This document shows, piece by piece, positions 29,324-39,549 of a stretch of DNA of 64,000 nucleotides. The notes under the pieces were generated by a model, which was given only the letters and a program-made list of their open reading frames with translations, did no database searches and had not been told where the DNA came from. Source of the stretch: an uncultured Nitrospiraceae bacterium (GTDB taxonomy: Bacteria; Nitrospirota; Thermodesulfovibrionia; Thermodesulfovibrionales; SM23-35). A program made the translations under genes and the position numbers. Every line of letters starts with the position of its first letter. Position 1 is the first letter of the stretch. The stretch lies in NCBI GenBank assembly GCA_963727775.1, contig CAVSHB010000001.1:864001-928000 (forward strand), given 5' to 3'.

Positions 29324-31564
29324 TTATCCGGGGTATTTATTCTGCTTTTTAATTGCCTCGACCAAATTCCTATTAATAAAGTTCATGGGGACACCATTCT
29401 CAGTGTGATTGTTACTTACTTCGAAATCGATGCCATAGGCGCTCAGATTCGGTTTAATCCGTTCCAAGGCGTTTCTTAATTTGTTGGTATGCCGTGGGAA
29501 GGTCGAATCATTCTTCGTCTCCACATGCTTTCGAAGCTTGTCATACGCTTCTTTGACAGTCCCTTGCCATATCTTCTTGGTTTTCATTAACTCAAGAACT
29601 GCTTGTGCCAATGAATCACTGTGAATTATTTCTTCATTCTGGTGATTAATATTTTCTTTATAAGCTTTTTTGAAATCTGAGTTCTTGTACCCCAGTGCCT
29701 CTGTAATAGCTACACCCCACTTCATGAAATCTGCCATACGTTCCAATTTTTTCACCTTCAGTGACGTATATATTTCTTTTGCTCTCGATAAAGTATCGAA
29801 CATAGCACCCAGTATGTAAGGACGGACTCTGTCAAACTTTCTCATCATTTCACGCAACCCTTCACGCTTGTCGGGCGTAATGCGGTTGATTTGGAATAAC
29901 AACGTCCTATCCATAAGGTCAGGCCTAGAAACGAGGAGGTTGATGCCGTTTATCCCGATACAACGTAAGAGCTTATAAGTAATATCTTCATCGTCCGTAT
30001 AGAGTTGTCTCATTGAAATACCTGCTCCCGTGCAAGCTTGTGATAAAAGATCTGAGAGCTCGTCTTTGCAGCTAGAAAGGTTATCGAACAAGCAAAGATA
30101 ATGGTGCTCAATTTTCCGTATTGTCTCTCTTCTCTTGTCTGGCAATATTAAATCGTCATTATTTGAAGGGTCTATCAGTTCCCTCAAGACCTTAAATATT
30201 ACCGTTTTGCCACTCCCTTGCGGCCCATAGATATGTATGACAGGGTGTGGTATGCCTGGAACTAAACAGGATACTAGATACACCAGAAAAAGCAGTTTCG
30301 AATTTGTGCACTTTATATTTACAAACTTAAAAATGTCATTAATGTTTCCTTTTCTCTTGGGCATTACTTGAGCTTTCTGATGCTGGTAATGTTTGAAGAG
30401 AATAGTGGTGTGATCCTTTATCTTCCAACCGGTTTTCTTGGTTACTACTACCTTACCTTCACCCATGTCATAGTAGAATACATTGCCCCGTTCCGCGACC
30501 CTATTATAAAGGCTAAAATGCGATCCGTTGTTCGACGCGATGGCAGCCACGGCGTGTATGGCAGTGTTAATCTCATTTTTGCCCGCTACTTTTTTGTGTC
30601 TATTCATATATTCATTGATTATCCAGCGTTTGAAGGCAACACTTTCGATCTGATAGACAACTCTGTTGACGCACGCACAAGGTTTCCCTGCATCATCAAC
30701 GAACAAGCTATAATTACGAGCAATTTTAATCATCTTGTCAGCAGTGCTATTGCCCGACGAGATTGGGACACTTTCAGTATTTTCGGTTTTATATCTCATA
30801 GCACTCGTCACCTTTTCTTCTACGATCTTGTCTTCCATAGGTGGCTCACAGAACAACTCATTCATTGTGCGCAGAATAGTCAGTATCCCATCGTGGCCCA
30901 ACCTAAGTTGATGCTTTTCATTCCATTCCCGTAACCTACATGCGTGTTTATATAGATTGATATCTCTTGATCCTTCATCTATCGGGATGTCCGTTGCAGC
31001 ATCTTCTTCCTTGGCTTGACGTACAGGCAGGAAGATATCGGGCATATAATCAAGGTCTCTTACATCTGGAATATATTTAACTTTTCGATTTTCTGTATTC
31101 TCTGTAGGTAAAACTATATATCCTTTCTTAGCAAGCTTGTAGTCAATGACAAAGCCACCAGTCGTTAGTGTATGCGTCGTTTGTGTTTCGACCTTTTTAC
31201 TGTCCTTGAATATGAAATGATAGCCGTTCGGTGTTCTTATTCCAATAAAATTTCTGTGATTCTTTTTCATCGCTTTATACAATTTTTTCCCAACTTTAAA
31301 ATTGTCTACATCAACAAGAATGTACCCATCAGGAATGACTAAACCTAACCATCCTTTAGCCTTTATCCAGTATGAAGCTTCATTTTCGCTTGTAGGCTCC
31401 CATTTACCGTAAGAATTCTTCGCTACGTTATAGTTTTCGTTGTTATAGTAGCCACGTAGTTTAATTATCTTGCAGTTTTTTGCTCCAAAGTAGTCGATAA
31501 GATCGTTGTAACTGAATGAATCTTGACTTGTGTCTGCCCCTGTTCTCTTCTTTTCTTTTTTCAT
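29324..31564 (-). CDS. Primase-polymerase / PriCT / P-loop helicase replication protein
   Basis: LVDVD, RTPNGYHFIF, EGSRDINL (PriCT-like), Walker A GPQGSGKT, FDNLS, RQLYTD, DRT. Confidence 0.85.
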   Translation of the reverse strand: MKKEKKRTGADTSQDSFSYNDLIDYFGAKNCKIIKLRGYYNNENYNVAKNSYGKWEPTSENEASYWIKAKGWLGLVIPDGYILVDVDNFKVGKKLYKAMKKNHRNFIGIRTPNGYHFIFKDSKKVETQTTHTLTTGGFVIDYKLAKKGYIVLPTENTENRKVKYIPDVRDLDYMPDIFLPVRQAKEEDAATDIPIDEGSRDINLYKHACRLREWNEKHQLRLGHDGILTILRTMNELFCEPPMEDKIVEEKVTSAMRYKTENTESVPISSGNSTADKMIKIARNYSLFVDDAGKPCACVNRVVYQIESVAFKRWIINEYMNRHKKVAGKNEINTAIHAVAAIASNNGSHFSLYNRVAERGNVFYYDMGEGKVVVTKKTGWKIKDHTTILFKHYQHQKAQVMPKRKGNINDIFKFVNIKCTNSKLLFLVYLVSCLVPGIPHPVIHIYGPQGSGKTVIFKVLRELIDPSNNDDLILPDKRRETIRKIEHHYLCLFDNLSSCKDELSDLLSQACTGAGISMRQLYTDDEDITYKLLRCIGINGINLLVSRPDLMDRTLLFQINRITPDKREGLREMMRKFDRVRPYILGAMFDTLSRAKEIYTSLKVKKLERMADFMKWGVAITEALGYKNSDFKKAYKENINHQNEEIIHSDSLAQAVLELMKTKKIWQGTVKEAYDKLRKHVETKNDSTFPRHTNKLRNALERIKPNLSAYGIDFEVSNNHTENGVPMNFINRNLVEAIKKQNKYPG

Positions 31565-31667
31565 TGCAAAATCCTCCTTTTTTTCGTTTTCGTTTTACAC
31601 AATATGATCGTAACAGGGGAGGGCATCTATCCTAAACCCTCTGAATTGAAGGAAACCTGAGGGAAAA

Positions 31668-32669
31668 TTAAATGTCGGTTAGTTCTGATAGGCGCATGTC
31701 AATATACTTTTTGAAGTATGTCTCGTTTTGTAACCTGTCTTCAATGTTTTTGATCCGGCGCCTTTTTAGTCCAGGCTTATTCTTTTTTGTATACTTTGGA
31801 ATTGAACCTTTTTTTGATGGAGGATTCTGGGGGTATTCGAGCTCAGGAAATATGTCTCCAGGTGCTAAGTCATATTTCTCTGCAAGTAGCTTTATTTTTA
31901 GTGTTGCTTCCTTCTGCTTTATTCTTTTCATAAGTGCTCCAAAAATCAAACTGTGTATGGAATGGGCGAGACAACAAAGGCCCTTAAGTTTCTCTCGCTC
32001 ATAGAAGGTTTTGGGGAGTTTTATATTTTTTTTAACACTGAGCCATTTATTGAAAACTCTATAAGACTTCTCAAGTACTTTCTTCTGCTGATTAGCGCCT
32101 CTGCCTTTTTTATAGTCCATATAATATGAGGCGTCATCCCCAAAAACTTCCTTCACAGTATTTAAAAAAATAGTGTTGCCTTCCTTCTCGGCTTTCTTGA
32201 CTTCATAAAAGAAACCTTCAAGAGTGATCATGAGGGTGTCAATTTCATCCATCATTATTTGAATAGCTGCCTGTGAGAAGTCTCTGAGACAGAACCCTGA
32301 AACCCGATGAAGCGGAAACGTTTGTTCTTCAGACGAATATAGGTATGGGTGAAAATTGATAGCCAAAAGTTGAAGTGCGGAATATTCTGACGCAGACATA
32401 TTAAAGTCTTTTTGCCATTTCTGAAGGGTTTTTCCACTCATTATCGCATTGGCTTCTGCAAAGATATCGTGATCCCATCCTTTGCTCCTACCTTTGTATT
32501 TCTTCTTTTTAGTGTAATAATTATCGGACAGAGAATCTTCTCTTTTTTTTCTTTTAGCCGGGACTTCAGGAAGATTTTGCAGACAACTATTGCACTCTTT
32601 GCCATGGCAAAAAATTGATTTGTTTACATTTAGTTTCACTACCGGGCAGAAAATGATATCCTTTCCCAT
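31668..32669 (-). CDS. Hypothetical protein of the element
   Basis: 333-aa ORF with N-terminal Cys cluster (C...C...CNSC); co-oriented with the primase. Confidence 0.7.
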   Translation of the reverse strand: MGKDIIFCPVVKLNVNKSIFCHGKECNSCLQNLPEVPAKRKKREDSLSDNYYTKKKKYKGRSKGWDHDIFAEANAIMSGKTLQKWQKDFNMSASEYSALQLLAINFHPYLYSSEEQTFPLHRVSGFCLRDFSQAAIQIMMDEIDTLMITLEGFFYEVKKAEKEGNTIFLNTVKEVFGDDASYYMDYKKGRGANQQKKVLEKSYRVFNKWLSVKKNIKLPKTFYEREKLKGLCCLAHSIHSLIFGALMKRIKQKEATLKIKLLAEKYDLAPGDIFPELEYPQNPPSKKGSIPKYTKKNKPGLKRRRIKNIEDRLQNETYFKKYIDMRLSELTDI

Positions 32670-32926
32670 TTATTTTTCCACTCTCCTTTGCACTTCTCCT
32701 TAAGCTCTCAAGCCTGTGCTTGAGAGTGCTGCAGCTTTTAGCCTCATTATGCTAGCTTTTGAATATTTATCTACTTAATCTCTTCTTATAAATCCTTCTT
32801 CTGCTAATATCTTTTACCAAATTTCTTATTATAACTTGATGGTAGTCAGTGAGAAAAGTTGCACTTTTGATGTCGAAATGCCTCCTGTAGAAATGTTGAT
32901 TCTGTCCGACGCATTTTTATGTGAAA

Positions 32927-33100
32927 ATTAATGACTGAAGATACTGAAGATACTTTTTTAAATAAATATAAAATGTTTTTTTAATAACAATTTTATTAAA
33001 AATATAAAAGTATCTTCAGTATCTTCAGTCATTAATCCAATATAAAATGCATAAAGAAGCTGTAGAAAGAATATCTAAAAAGTATCTTCAGTATCTTCAG
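32927..33100. repeat. Iteron-like inverted repeat, candidate replication origin
   Basis: Perfect 31-bp IR 32927-32957 / 33006-33036 around an AT-rich spacer; third partial copy 33078-33100; unit GTATCTTCA x2. Confidence 0.8.
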
Positions 33101-33386
33101 AAAAAACTAAGATAGTAACACCGTCGAGCTTTCTTAACAGTCTACGGAGTATAACCAGAAAGTATTATAAAGACACAAACATGCCTTTGCCCAAAAAATT
33201 GAGGATTTAATTCCACTTGCGTAGTCCTATATCTTTTCTCCTGCACTTGTTATTTTTATGCACTTTCCATAATATAGCAGAAGAAATATAGTACATGAAG
33301 GTGTATATCATGCGCCGCAAGATGGTGAGTACAATAATCAAAAGACAAGGCCCTTCAACTGAGATTCCCCGATTTATAAGATAAAG

Positions 33387-34442
33387 ATGAAAGATTTGAT
33401 AGGCGTGGAACTATTTTCAGGAGCTGGGGGCATGTCCTTGGGTGCAATGCAAGCAGGGATTGAAACCCAGTTGGCAGTCGAAGTGAATTGCTACGCGGCC
33501 GCAACGTTTGCTTCAAATATAAAAAACACAACTGTTGTTGTGGATGATATTAAAAATATCAAAGAGTTTAAGTTGAAAAAAAAGGCCCCAATAATTTTAT
33601 TCGGGGGGCCACCATGCCAGGGATTTTCAAGTTCCAATCAGAAAAACAGAACTGTTGAAAATCCTCGGAACTGGTTGTTTAAGGAATTTATGCGATGTGC
33701 TAAGCTGGTTATGCCTGACTGGATTGTTATAGAAAATGTTAAAGGTTTAGCAGAAATGCAAAACGGTTTCTTTCTTAAAGAGATATTTAAAAATTTATAC
33801 AAGATAGGTTATACAATTAATTTCAAAGTCTTAAATGCAGAAGATTATGGTGTGCCTCAAAAGCGAGAAAGAGTTTTTATTGTTGCTTCTCTTCACGGAA
33901 TTGCTTTCAGTTTTCCTCCTCCGATGAATGACAGACCTATCATTGTTAAAGATGCAATTTCTGATCTGCCTGAGCTAGCAAATGGAACCATGGAATATAA
34001 AATGGATTACCGGTCTTCTCCGTTTTCTAATTATGCAAAAATAATGCGAGGGAGAAAAAAAAAATCTCTTAACAATTATGTTACAAAAAACTCTGATTTA
34101 GTTGTCAAAAGATATGAACATATTCCGCAGGGAGGTAATTGGCAGAATATCCCGCAAGAATTAATGTTGAATTACAAAGACCACACAAGGTGTCATCATG
34201 GTATTTACAGACGGTTATCTGAAAACCAACCATCTGTTGTGATAGGGAATTATAGGAAGAATATGCTTATCCATCCCACGCAGAACAGAGGGCTTTCAGT
34301 GCGAGAGGCAGCAAGACTTCAGTCTTTCCCTGATTGGTTTGAGTTTAAAGGTCCTTTAATAAGCCAGCAACAGCAAGTTGGGGATGCTGTTCCACCGCTA
34401 TTAGCTAAAGAAGTATTCAAAAGAATCATTGAATCGAGTTGA
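33387..34442 (+). CDS. DNA (cytosine-5)-methyltransferase 1
   Basis: LFSGAGG, GGPPCQGFS, ENVKG, QKRERVF, REAARLQSFPD, GDAVPP. Confidence 0.95.
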   Translation: MKDLIGVELFSGAGGMSLGAMQAGIETQLAVEVNCYAAATFASNIKNTTVVVDDIKNIKEFKLKKKAPIILFGGPPCQGFSSSNQKNRTVENPRNWLFKEFMRCAKLVMPDWIVIENVKGLAEMQNGFFLKEIFKNLYKIGYTINFKVLNAEDYGVPQKRERVFIVASLHGIAFSFPPPMNDRPIIVKDAISDLPELANGTMEYKMDYRSSPFSNYAKIMRGRKKKSLNNYVTKNSDLVVKRYEHIPQGGNWQNIPQELMLNYKDHTRCHHGIYRRLSENQPSVVIGNYRKNMLIHPTQNRGLSVREAARLQSFPDWFEFKGPLISQQQQVGDAVPPLLAKEVFKRIIESS

Positions 34443-34443
34443 T

Positions 34444-35487
34444 ATGGAGTTAAATAGAAAGACACTTGAAGCTTGGTTAGAAGATCCGCCCGCTGAAGCG
34501 TTTTTCTTAGGAAGGAAGGTGGCTTTTTATTCTTATTATAGGACCCTTAAGGATTATCTTGATAGAGAAGTACATAAATGGGTTACTATAGGTGCGAATC
34601 TGAAAGATCCAAGTATTGTATTAAATGATCATGGACCAGACCATATAGTTTCAGTAATTGATAGGGCAAGCCTCTTGGTTTCTTGTAGAGACTGCACCTT
34701 AAATGCATTAGAAGTTTATCTCCTATTAGTGTCTATCCAGCTTCACGATACAGGAAATATTTTTGGCAGATATGAACATGAACTAAATGCAGAAAAAGTT
34801 ATGTCTGAAGCGGAGAAAAGATGTGGTCGCGATCAAATTGAAATCGCTATTGTCAAAAAAATAGTCGGAGCACATGGAGGAAGAATCAGAGGGATATCAA
34901 ATGGTTATGATAAAATTGGCTTTCTAAGTCCTTTGGAACCTATTATGAATGAAACGATTAGGCTTCAATCGATAGCAGGCATACTGAGGTTTGCTGACGA
35001 ATTAGCTGATGACAAGAGTAGAGCTAACATAATTTCATTAAAGAGCGGTGATATGCCTAAGAAGAGCGAGGTATTTCATGCCTATTCTTCTTCCTTAGAC
35101 TCTGTTTTAATTAAACACGAAGACAAAGCTGTTGAATTGTATTTTAAAATTCCAAAGGATTTTACAACTCGGAAGTTTGGCAAATTAGATGATGAGGTAT
35201 ACCTATTGGATGAAATATACAACAGAATCATGAAAATGCATCTGGAAAGAATATATTGCATGAGGTTTTGTAAGCGCCTAATAGATATTGAAAAAATTTG
35301 TGTATCAATTATTTTTTATGACAATTATATCGATGATATTTTCCCTCGCATAAGTTTTCAACTTAGTGAGTGGGGTTATCCTCAGGCGAACGAAGATGGC
35401 ATATACGGCCTGTGCCCATCTTTGAAAAATGCGGAAGGTGAAAAAATCAATGGTGAATATGTGAAAAACAAAATATTAGGTGCCTAA
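34444..35487 (+). CDS. HD-superfamily phosphohydrolase (conflict-effector type)
   Basis: DHGPDH, LHDTGN, HE, AHGG, LRFADEL; ATG immediately after the methylase stop. Confidence 0.8.
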   Translation: MELNRKTLEAWLEDPPAEAFFLGRKVAFYSYYRTLKDYLDREVHKWVTIGANLKDPSIVLNDHGPDHIVSVIDRASLLVSCRDCTLNALEVYLLLVSIQLHDTGNIFGRYEHELNAEKVMSEAEKRCGRDQIEIAIVKKIVGAHGGRIRGISNGYDKIGFLSPLEPIMNETIRLQSIAGILRFADELADDKSRANIISLKSGDMPKKSEVFHAYSSSLDSVLIKHEDKAVELYFKIPKDFTTRKFGKLDDEVYLLDEIYNRIMKMHLERIYCMRFCKRLIDIEKICVSIIFYDNYIDDIFPRISFQLSEWGYPQANEDGIYGLCPSLKNAEGEKINGEYVKNKILGA

Positions 35488-35489
35488 AA

Positions 35490-37262
35490 ATGAAAAGTCC
35501 GTTTGAATATACGACTCCTGAGGCTATTCCGGCAAAGGACATTATCGATTTGTTTGTGCCTGTTTTCGGTGAGTATTACAATGTCCCGAATGTAGGCCAT
35601 ACGTTTATAAATGGGCCAAGAGGCTGCGGAAAAAGCATGATGTTCAGATACATGGGGCCTGACTGCCAAATCCTTGCTTGCAATAAGAAGATTTGTGAAT
35701 TAGATTATTTTGCTATTCACATACCAATAAAAGAAGGACAGCTAGATAAGACCGACCTTAGCCTACTTGAGGACAAGCATGGAGAATCGCTCCTTAATGA
35801 ACACTTCATGGTAGTAAATTTTGCAATAAAGATTTTCGAGAAGTTAGGTGATACAGAAATTGATAGTTCTGTTGTAAACATTGATGCATTAAGAACTTTT
35901 TACAATGATTCTTTTTTGAAACTATTGAATTATGCAAGGTGGGATAGAAGTATTGCATTACCTTCAGAAGTAGAGAATTGCAAGTCTTTTTTTTACCATA
36001 TGAAAGAAGTATGCTCAGAGATAAACAGAGAGTTTACGCAGAACTTTATATATAAGTTAGTAGGTGTGACAACTCCTTTGCCTTATGAGGGGCCAATCTG
36101 TTTGTTTTCTGATTTTTTATTGCCAATTCTAACTAAAATAAAAGAATTGCCTTTTATGCCTAAAGGGCCTATTTATTTGTTGATTGATGATGCTGATAAC
36201 CTAAATAGAATTCAAACCAAGATTCTTAATACGTGGGTATCAATGCGTACCTCTAAATCTGTTAGTTTTAAGATATCAACACAGTTAAATTATAAAACCT
36301 ATAGGACAATTAATAATTCAAGGATTGATACACCACATGATTATTCGGAGATTAACATATCAGATATTTATACTGCGAAGAAAAGTTTATATAAAGCAAG
36401 AGTTAAAGAGGCCGTTGAAAGGCGATTAAATAAGTTTGGGTATAGAGATGTCGGAGCAGAGTCATTTTTCCCACAGGACATGGAGCAGGATAAAAAGATA
36501 AAATCGATATTTATTGAATACCAGAATAAATATGAAGGGAAGCGAGGCTATGATTATGCATATCGATATGCCAGACCGGATTTTATGAAATCTTTAAAGG
36601 GTAATTTAGATACATTTAGTTATGCCGGTTTTGACAACTTGGTGAACATATCTTCTGGGATAATGAGGCACTTTATTGATTTTGCAAATCATATGTATGC
36701 CCACCAAATTGCAAAAACAGGGGGAAAAGATTTTACTTATATCGAACCGAGCATTCAGGATTACGAAGTTAAAGAATATTCAAATTGGTTTTTTGATGAA
36801 AATTTTTCAAAGTTGAGAGGTGATGCTGAAAATACAACTGAAACAATTAATGCTTTCGATAAACTCCGTAATTTAATTGAGGCCTTGGGACAAACCTTTA
36901 ACTTAATTCTTTTTTCTGATGCGACGGAGAGAAGGGTTTTTTCTTTTGCACTGCAAAATGATCCTGATGCTGAGCTTAGGAGAATTTTAAACTTGGGTGT
37001 TCAGAATGGATACTTTCAAAAATCACTTATTGGAAATAAAATGGGAACTGGGAAAGCAAGACTTTACATTTTAAATAGATTGCTGGCTCCTCATTTCAAG
37101 CTTGATCCGACGAGTTTTGCTGGGTACAAATTTGTCACGTGTGATGTCTTGAAAGAAGCATTATATAAACCCAATACTGTTGTTGGGCGAGTAAAGACAC
37201 AAGGGGTTGATAATGTTTTTGAAGATCCGCAACATTCTCTCTTCAGAGAGAATGAATTATGA
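35490..37262 (+). CDS. ORC/CDC6-like P-loop ATPase
   Basis: Walker A GPRGCGKS, Walker B LLIDDADNL, SSGIMRHFI, C-terminal LNRLLAPHFKL. Confidence 0.8.
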   Translation: MKSPFEYTTPEAIPAKDIIDLFVPVFGEYYNVPNVGHTFINGPRGCGKSMMFRYMGPDCQILACNKKICELDYFAIHIPIKEGQLDKTDLSLLEDKHGESLLNEHFMVVNFAIKIFEKLGDTEIDSSVVNIDALRTFYNDSFLKLLNYARWDRSIALPSEVENCKSFFYHMKEVCSEINREFTQNFIYKLVGVTTPLPYEGPICLFSDFLLPILTKIKELPFMPKGPIYLLIDDADNLNRIQTKILNTWVSMRTSKSVSFKISTQLNYKTYRTINNSRIDTPHDYSEINISDIYTAKKSLYKARVKEAVERRLNKFGYRDVGAESFFPQDMEQDKKIKSIFIEYQNKYEGKRGYDYAYRYARPDFMKSLKGNLDTFSYAGFDNLVNISSGIMRHFIDFANHMYAHQIAKTGGKDFTYIEPSIQDYEVKEYSNWFFDENFSKLRGDAENTTETINAFDKLRNLIEALGQTFNLILFSDATERRVFSFALQNDPDAELRRILNLGVQNGYFQKSLIGNKMGTGKARLYILNRLLAPHFKLDPTSFAGYKFVTCDVLKEALYKPNTVVGRVKTQGVDNVFEDPQHSLFRENEL

Positions 37263-38218
37263 TAAAAATGCAACTTGGCCAGATTACAAAATCTATAAAA
37301 GACAAGATTGATGTGTTTATTTGTTCTTCAAGCTTTGAAGAACGGTGTTTTGCTGTTCCTGCCGAAGCAGCAATGCTGAACATTACTTCTAAGTTAATTT
37401 TTTATATATCAGATTTAGATGATATCATTGCTCAAAATGCCGATAAACTTGTGGCAGTTCTTGGTGATGCTTCACGAAAAATTGAGCTGCAAATATGTGA
37501 CCCAGCCCTATCACTTAAAAACATGAGTAATGCTTTGAGTGAAGTCTTTTCTGGAGAGAACCCACAATGCTATTTATTGGATATAACGACTTTTACACAT
37601 GAGGGCTTATTAATGCTGTTTAAGCTGCTTCAACTCAGATTGAAAAAAAATGATAGATTATTTTTATGTTATAACGGTGCTAAAGAATATTCATATAACG
37701 AGTCAACTCCTGAGAAGAAATGGCTTTCAAAAGGTGTCAAGACAGTTAGGTCAATATTAGGATATCCTGGATTATTAGACCCATCCAAAAAAAATCATTT
37801 GGTTATTTTGTTTGGCTTTGAGAGAGAACGCACAATGCGGCTGATTGATATCTTCGAGTACGATTTAGTTTCTCTTGCATTTGGGAGCAAAAATGCCTCA
37901 ATAAATGAAAACCATCAGCAGTTAAATGAAACTCGTCATGAAGAATTACTTAAACTTTATCCAAGCGCACAAAAGTTCGAAGTTTCTCTCATTGACGCCA
38001 GCGAAACAAAAGCACAACTCCTCACATATATTGGAGAATTTTCTGAATACAATACAGTCATTGTCCCCATGAATAATAAGATATCATCGCTAGGTGCAGG
38101 ATTAGCGGCGATAGAAAATCCTGAAATTCAGTTATGTTATGTCACTGCTAATCAGTATAATCTCGAAGGTTATTCCCACCCAAGCGACGAATGCTACTTA
38201 TTTGAAGTAACATTTTAG
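37259..38218 (+). CDS. Uncharacterised alpha/beta protein, possibly tandem CARF-like Rossmann domains
   Basis: SSSFEERC...LLDITTFT...CY and LFGFERER...IVPMNNKISSLG...CY; ATGA overlap with the ATPase. Confidence 0.6.
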   Translation: MIKMQLGQITKSIKDKIDVFICSSSFEERCFAVPAEAAMLNITSKLIFYISDLDDIIAQNADKLVAVLGDASRKIELQICDPALSLKNMSNALSEVFSGENPQCYLLDITTFTHEGLLMLFKLLQLRLKKNDRLFLCYNGAKEYSYNESTPEKKWLSKGVKTVRSILGYPGLLDPSKKNHLVILFGFERERTMRLIDIFEYDLVSLAFGSKNASINENHQQLNETRHEELLKLYPSAQKFEVSLIDASETKAQLLTYIGEFSEYNTVIVPMNNKISSLGAGLAAIENPEIQLCYVTANQYNLEGYSHPSDECYLFEVTF

Positions 38219-38365
38219 GAAGAGAATTCATATTTATTGAATCTGTGATGATAGCTTTGAGAAGGTTTTGCTATCTTTGTCTTTCCGTAATTGGTATTCC
38301 CAAAGGCTGTAAACGATAGGCACACGCAAATCTTTGCTATTATATCTAAGAACCAACAATAACAA

Positions 38366-38794
38366 TCAAATATTACTTCCTTTTCTTCTCTTGATCACAG
38401 CAAGAACCTTGGAAACACACACGTCAGTTCTTCTTGAAATTGTGTCGCCCCAAAAGCGTAATACAATCCATCCATTTTTTCTTAGGTATCTATTAACTCT
38501 TTTGTCTCTTTCGATATTATTCTCAATCTTTTTATGCCAAAATGCTTTGTTCGATTTTATATTTTGTTTTGCTCTGCTCCAATCCTTTCCATGCCAGAAT
38601 TCACTGTCACAAAAGATAGCTATTCTTAAAGACACCAATGCAATATCTGGAGTTCCTTTTATCCTCCGATAGTTTCTTCTATACCTCAAACCGTTAGACC
38701 ATAATGCCCTAGCAAGCGTATTTTCAATAATCGTATTGCAACCCCTGATAGCCTGCATGTTCTTTCTTCGATGCTCTTTTGATAAGTTGTCCAT
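38366..38794 (-). CDS. vsr: Very-short-patch repair endonuclease Vsr
   Basis: RRKNMQAIR, GTPDI, FCDSEFWHG, FWHKKIENNIERD, GWIVLRFW; start taken at MDNLS. Confidence 0.93.
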   Translation of the reverse strand: MDNLSKEHRRKNMQAIRGCNTIIENTLARALWSNGLRYRRNYRRIKGTPDIALVSLRIAIFCDSEFWHGKDWSRAKQNIKSNKAFWHKKIENNIERDKRVNRYLRKNGWIVLRFWGDTISRRTDVCVSKVLAVIKRRKGSNI

Positions 38795-38895
38795 GAATAT
38801 TTTCACTTCTCCAATTTTAATAAATGGCTTTTGTGTTAAGTGATGATTGTGGTAGCATAGTACGTCATATTTTAATTATTGTGGAGTAAATACCA

Positions 38896-39549
38896 ATGGT
38901 TGTTCAAGATGATCGCAGAGAACAAGAGTTAATTGAACGCTTTAACCTTCAATATGTTGAGGGCAGATCAAGCACAGATGCAAAGCTTGAGTTGGATGGT
39001 CAAACAATTTACTTCGAACTTAAATCTACAACAACAGGGTCTGTCACGACAGTTCGTGACTTTGGGCCCGATCACATTAAAAAATGGCAAGGTAAGCACT
39101 GGCTTATTGGTATTTATAACAGCGATCAGATATTGCAACACTGCTTGTATGGTTCCCCAAGAGACATGGAACCATGGATTAAAAAAAAGGAGCAATATAT
39201 TGCATTAGATTTTAATTTAGCTCGGGTTACACCTCCGTTAATCACAGAAGAAACTATGTATGGCCTATTAGGCAAGAAAGAAGTTTATAGTCTTAAAGAT
39301 GCATTTCATATTCAAAAAAGACAGTATTCCAGACAAGACTATAACTCATTAATGGACGTGAAGACTGGTTATTCTCCAGCACGGATGCTACAGATTATCC
39401 GGGAGCGGTGTCAGTACGTTATGGAACGTGGGTCAACCCTTAATAATCCACATATCCCAAGTGCATATTTCAAAGGATGGGAACAAATTGCGCCGGGTGA
39501 TATTAATAAACTTCACGAAAAAATTCGTGTCTATCTACAAAATTCTTGA
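38896..39549 (+). CDS. Putative type II restriction endonuclease
   Basis: TDA...FELKS PD-(D/E)xK-like motif; lies between vsr and a convergent C5-methyltransferase. Confidence 0.65.
   Translation: MVVQDDRREQELIERFNLQYVEGRSSTDAKLELDGQTIYFELKSTTTGSVTTVRDFGPDHIKKWQGKHWLIGIYNSDQILQHCLYGSPRDMEPWIKKKEQYIALDFNLARVTPPLITEETMYGLLGKKEVYSLKDAFHIQKRQYSRQDYNSLMDVKTGYSPARMLQIIRERCQYVMERGSTLNNPHIPSAYFKGWEQIAPGDINKLHEKIRVYLQNS

Noticed and set aside
30368..30934. Long antisense ORFs (e.g. 30368-30934, 14593-15150, 24382-24915)
   Set aside because: Shadows of well-supported genes on the opposite strand, with no motifs of their own.
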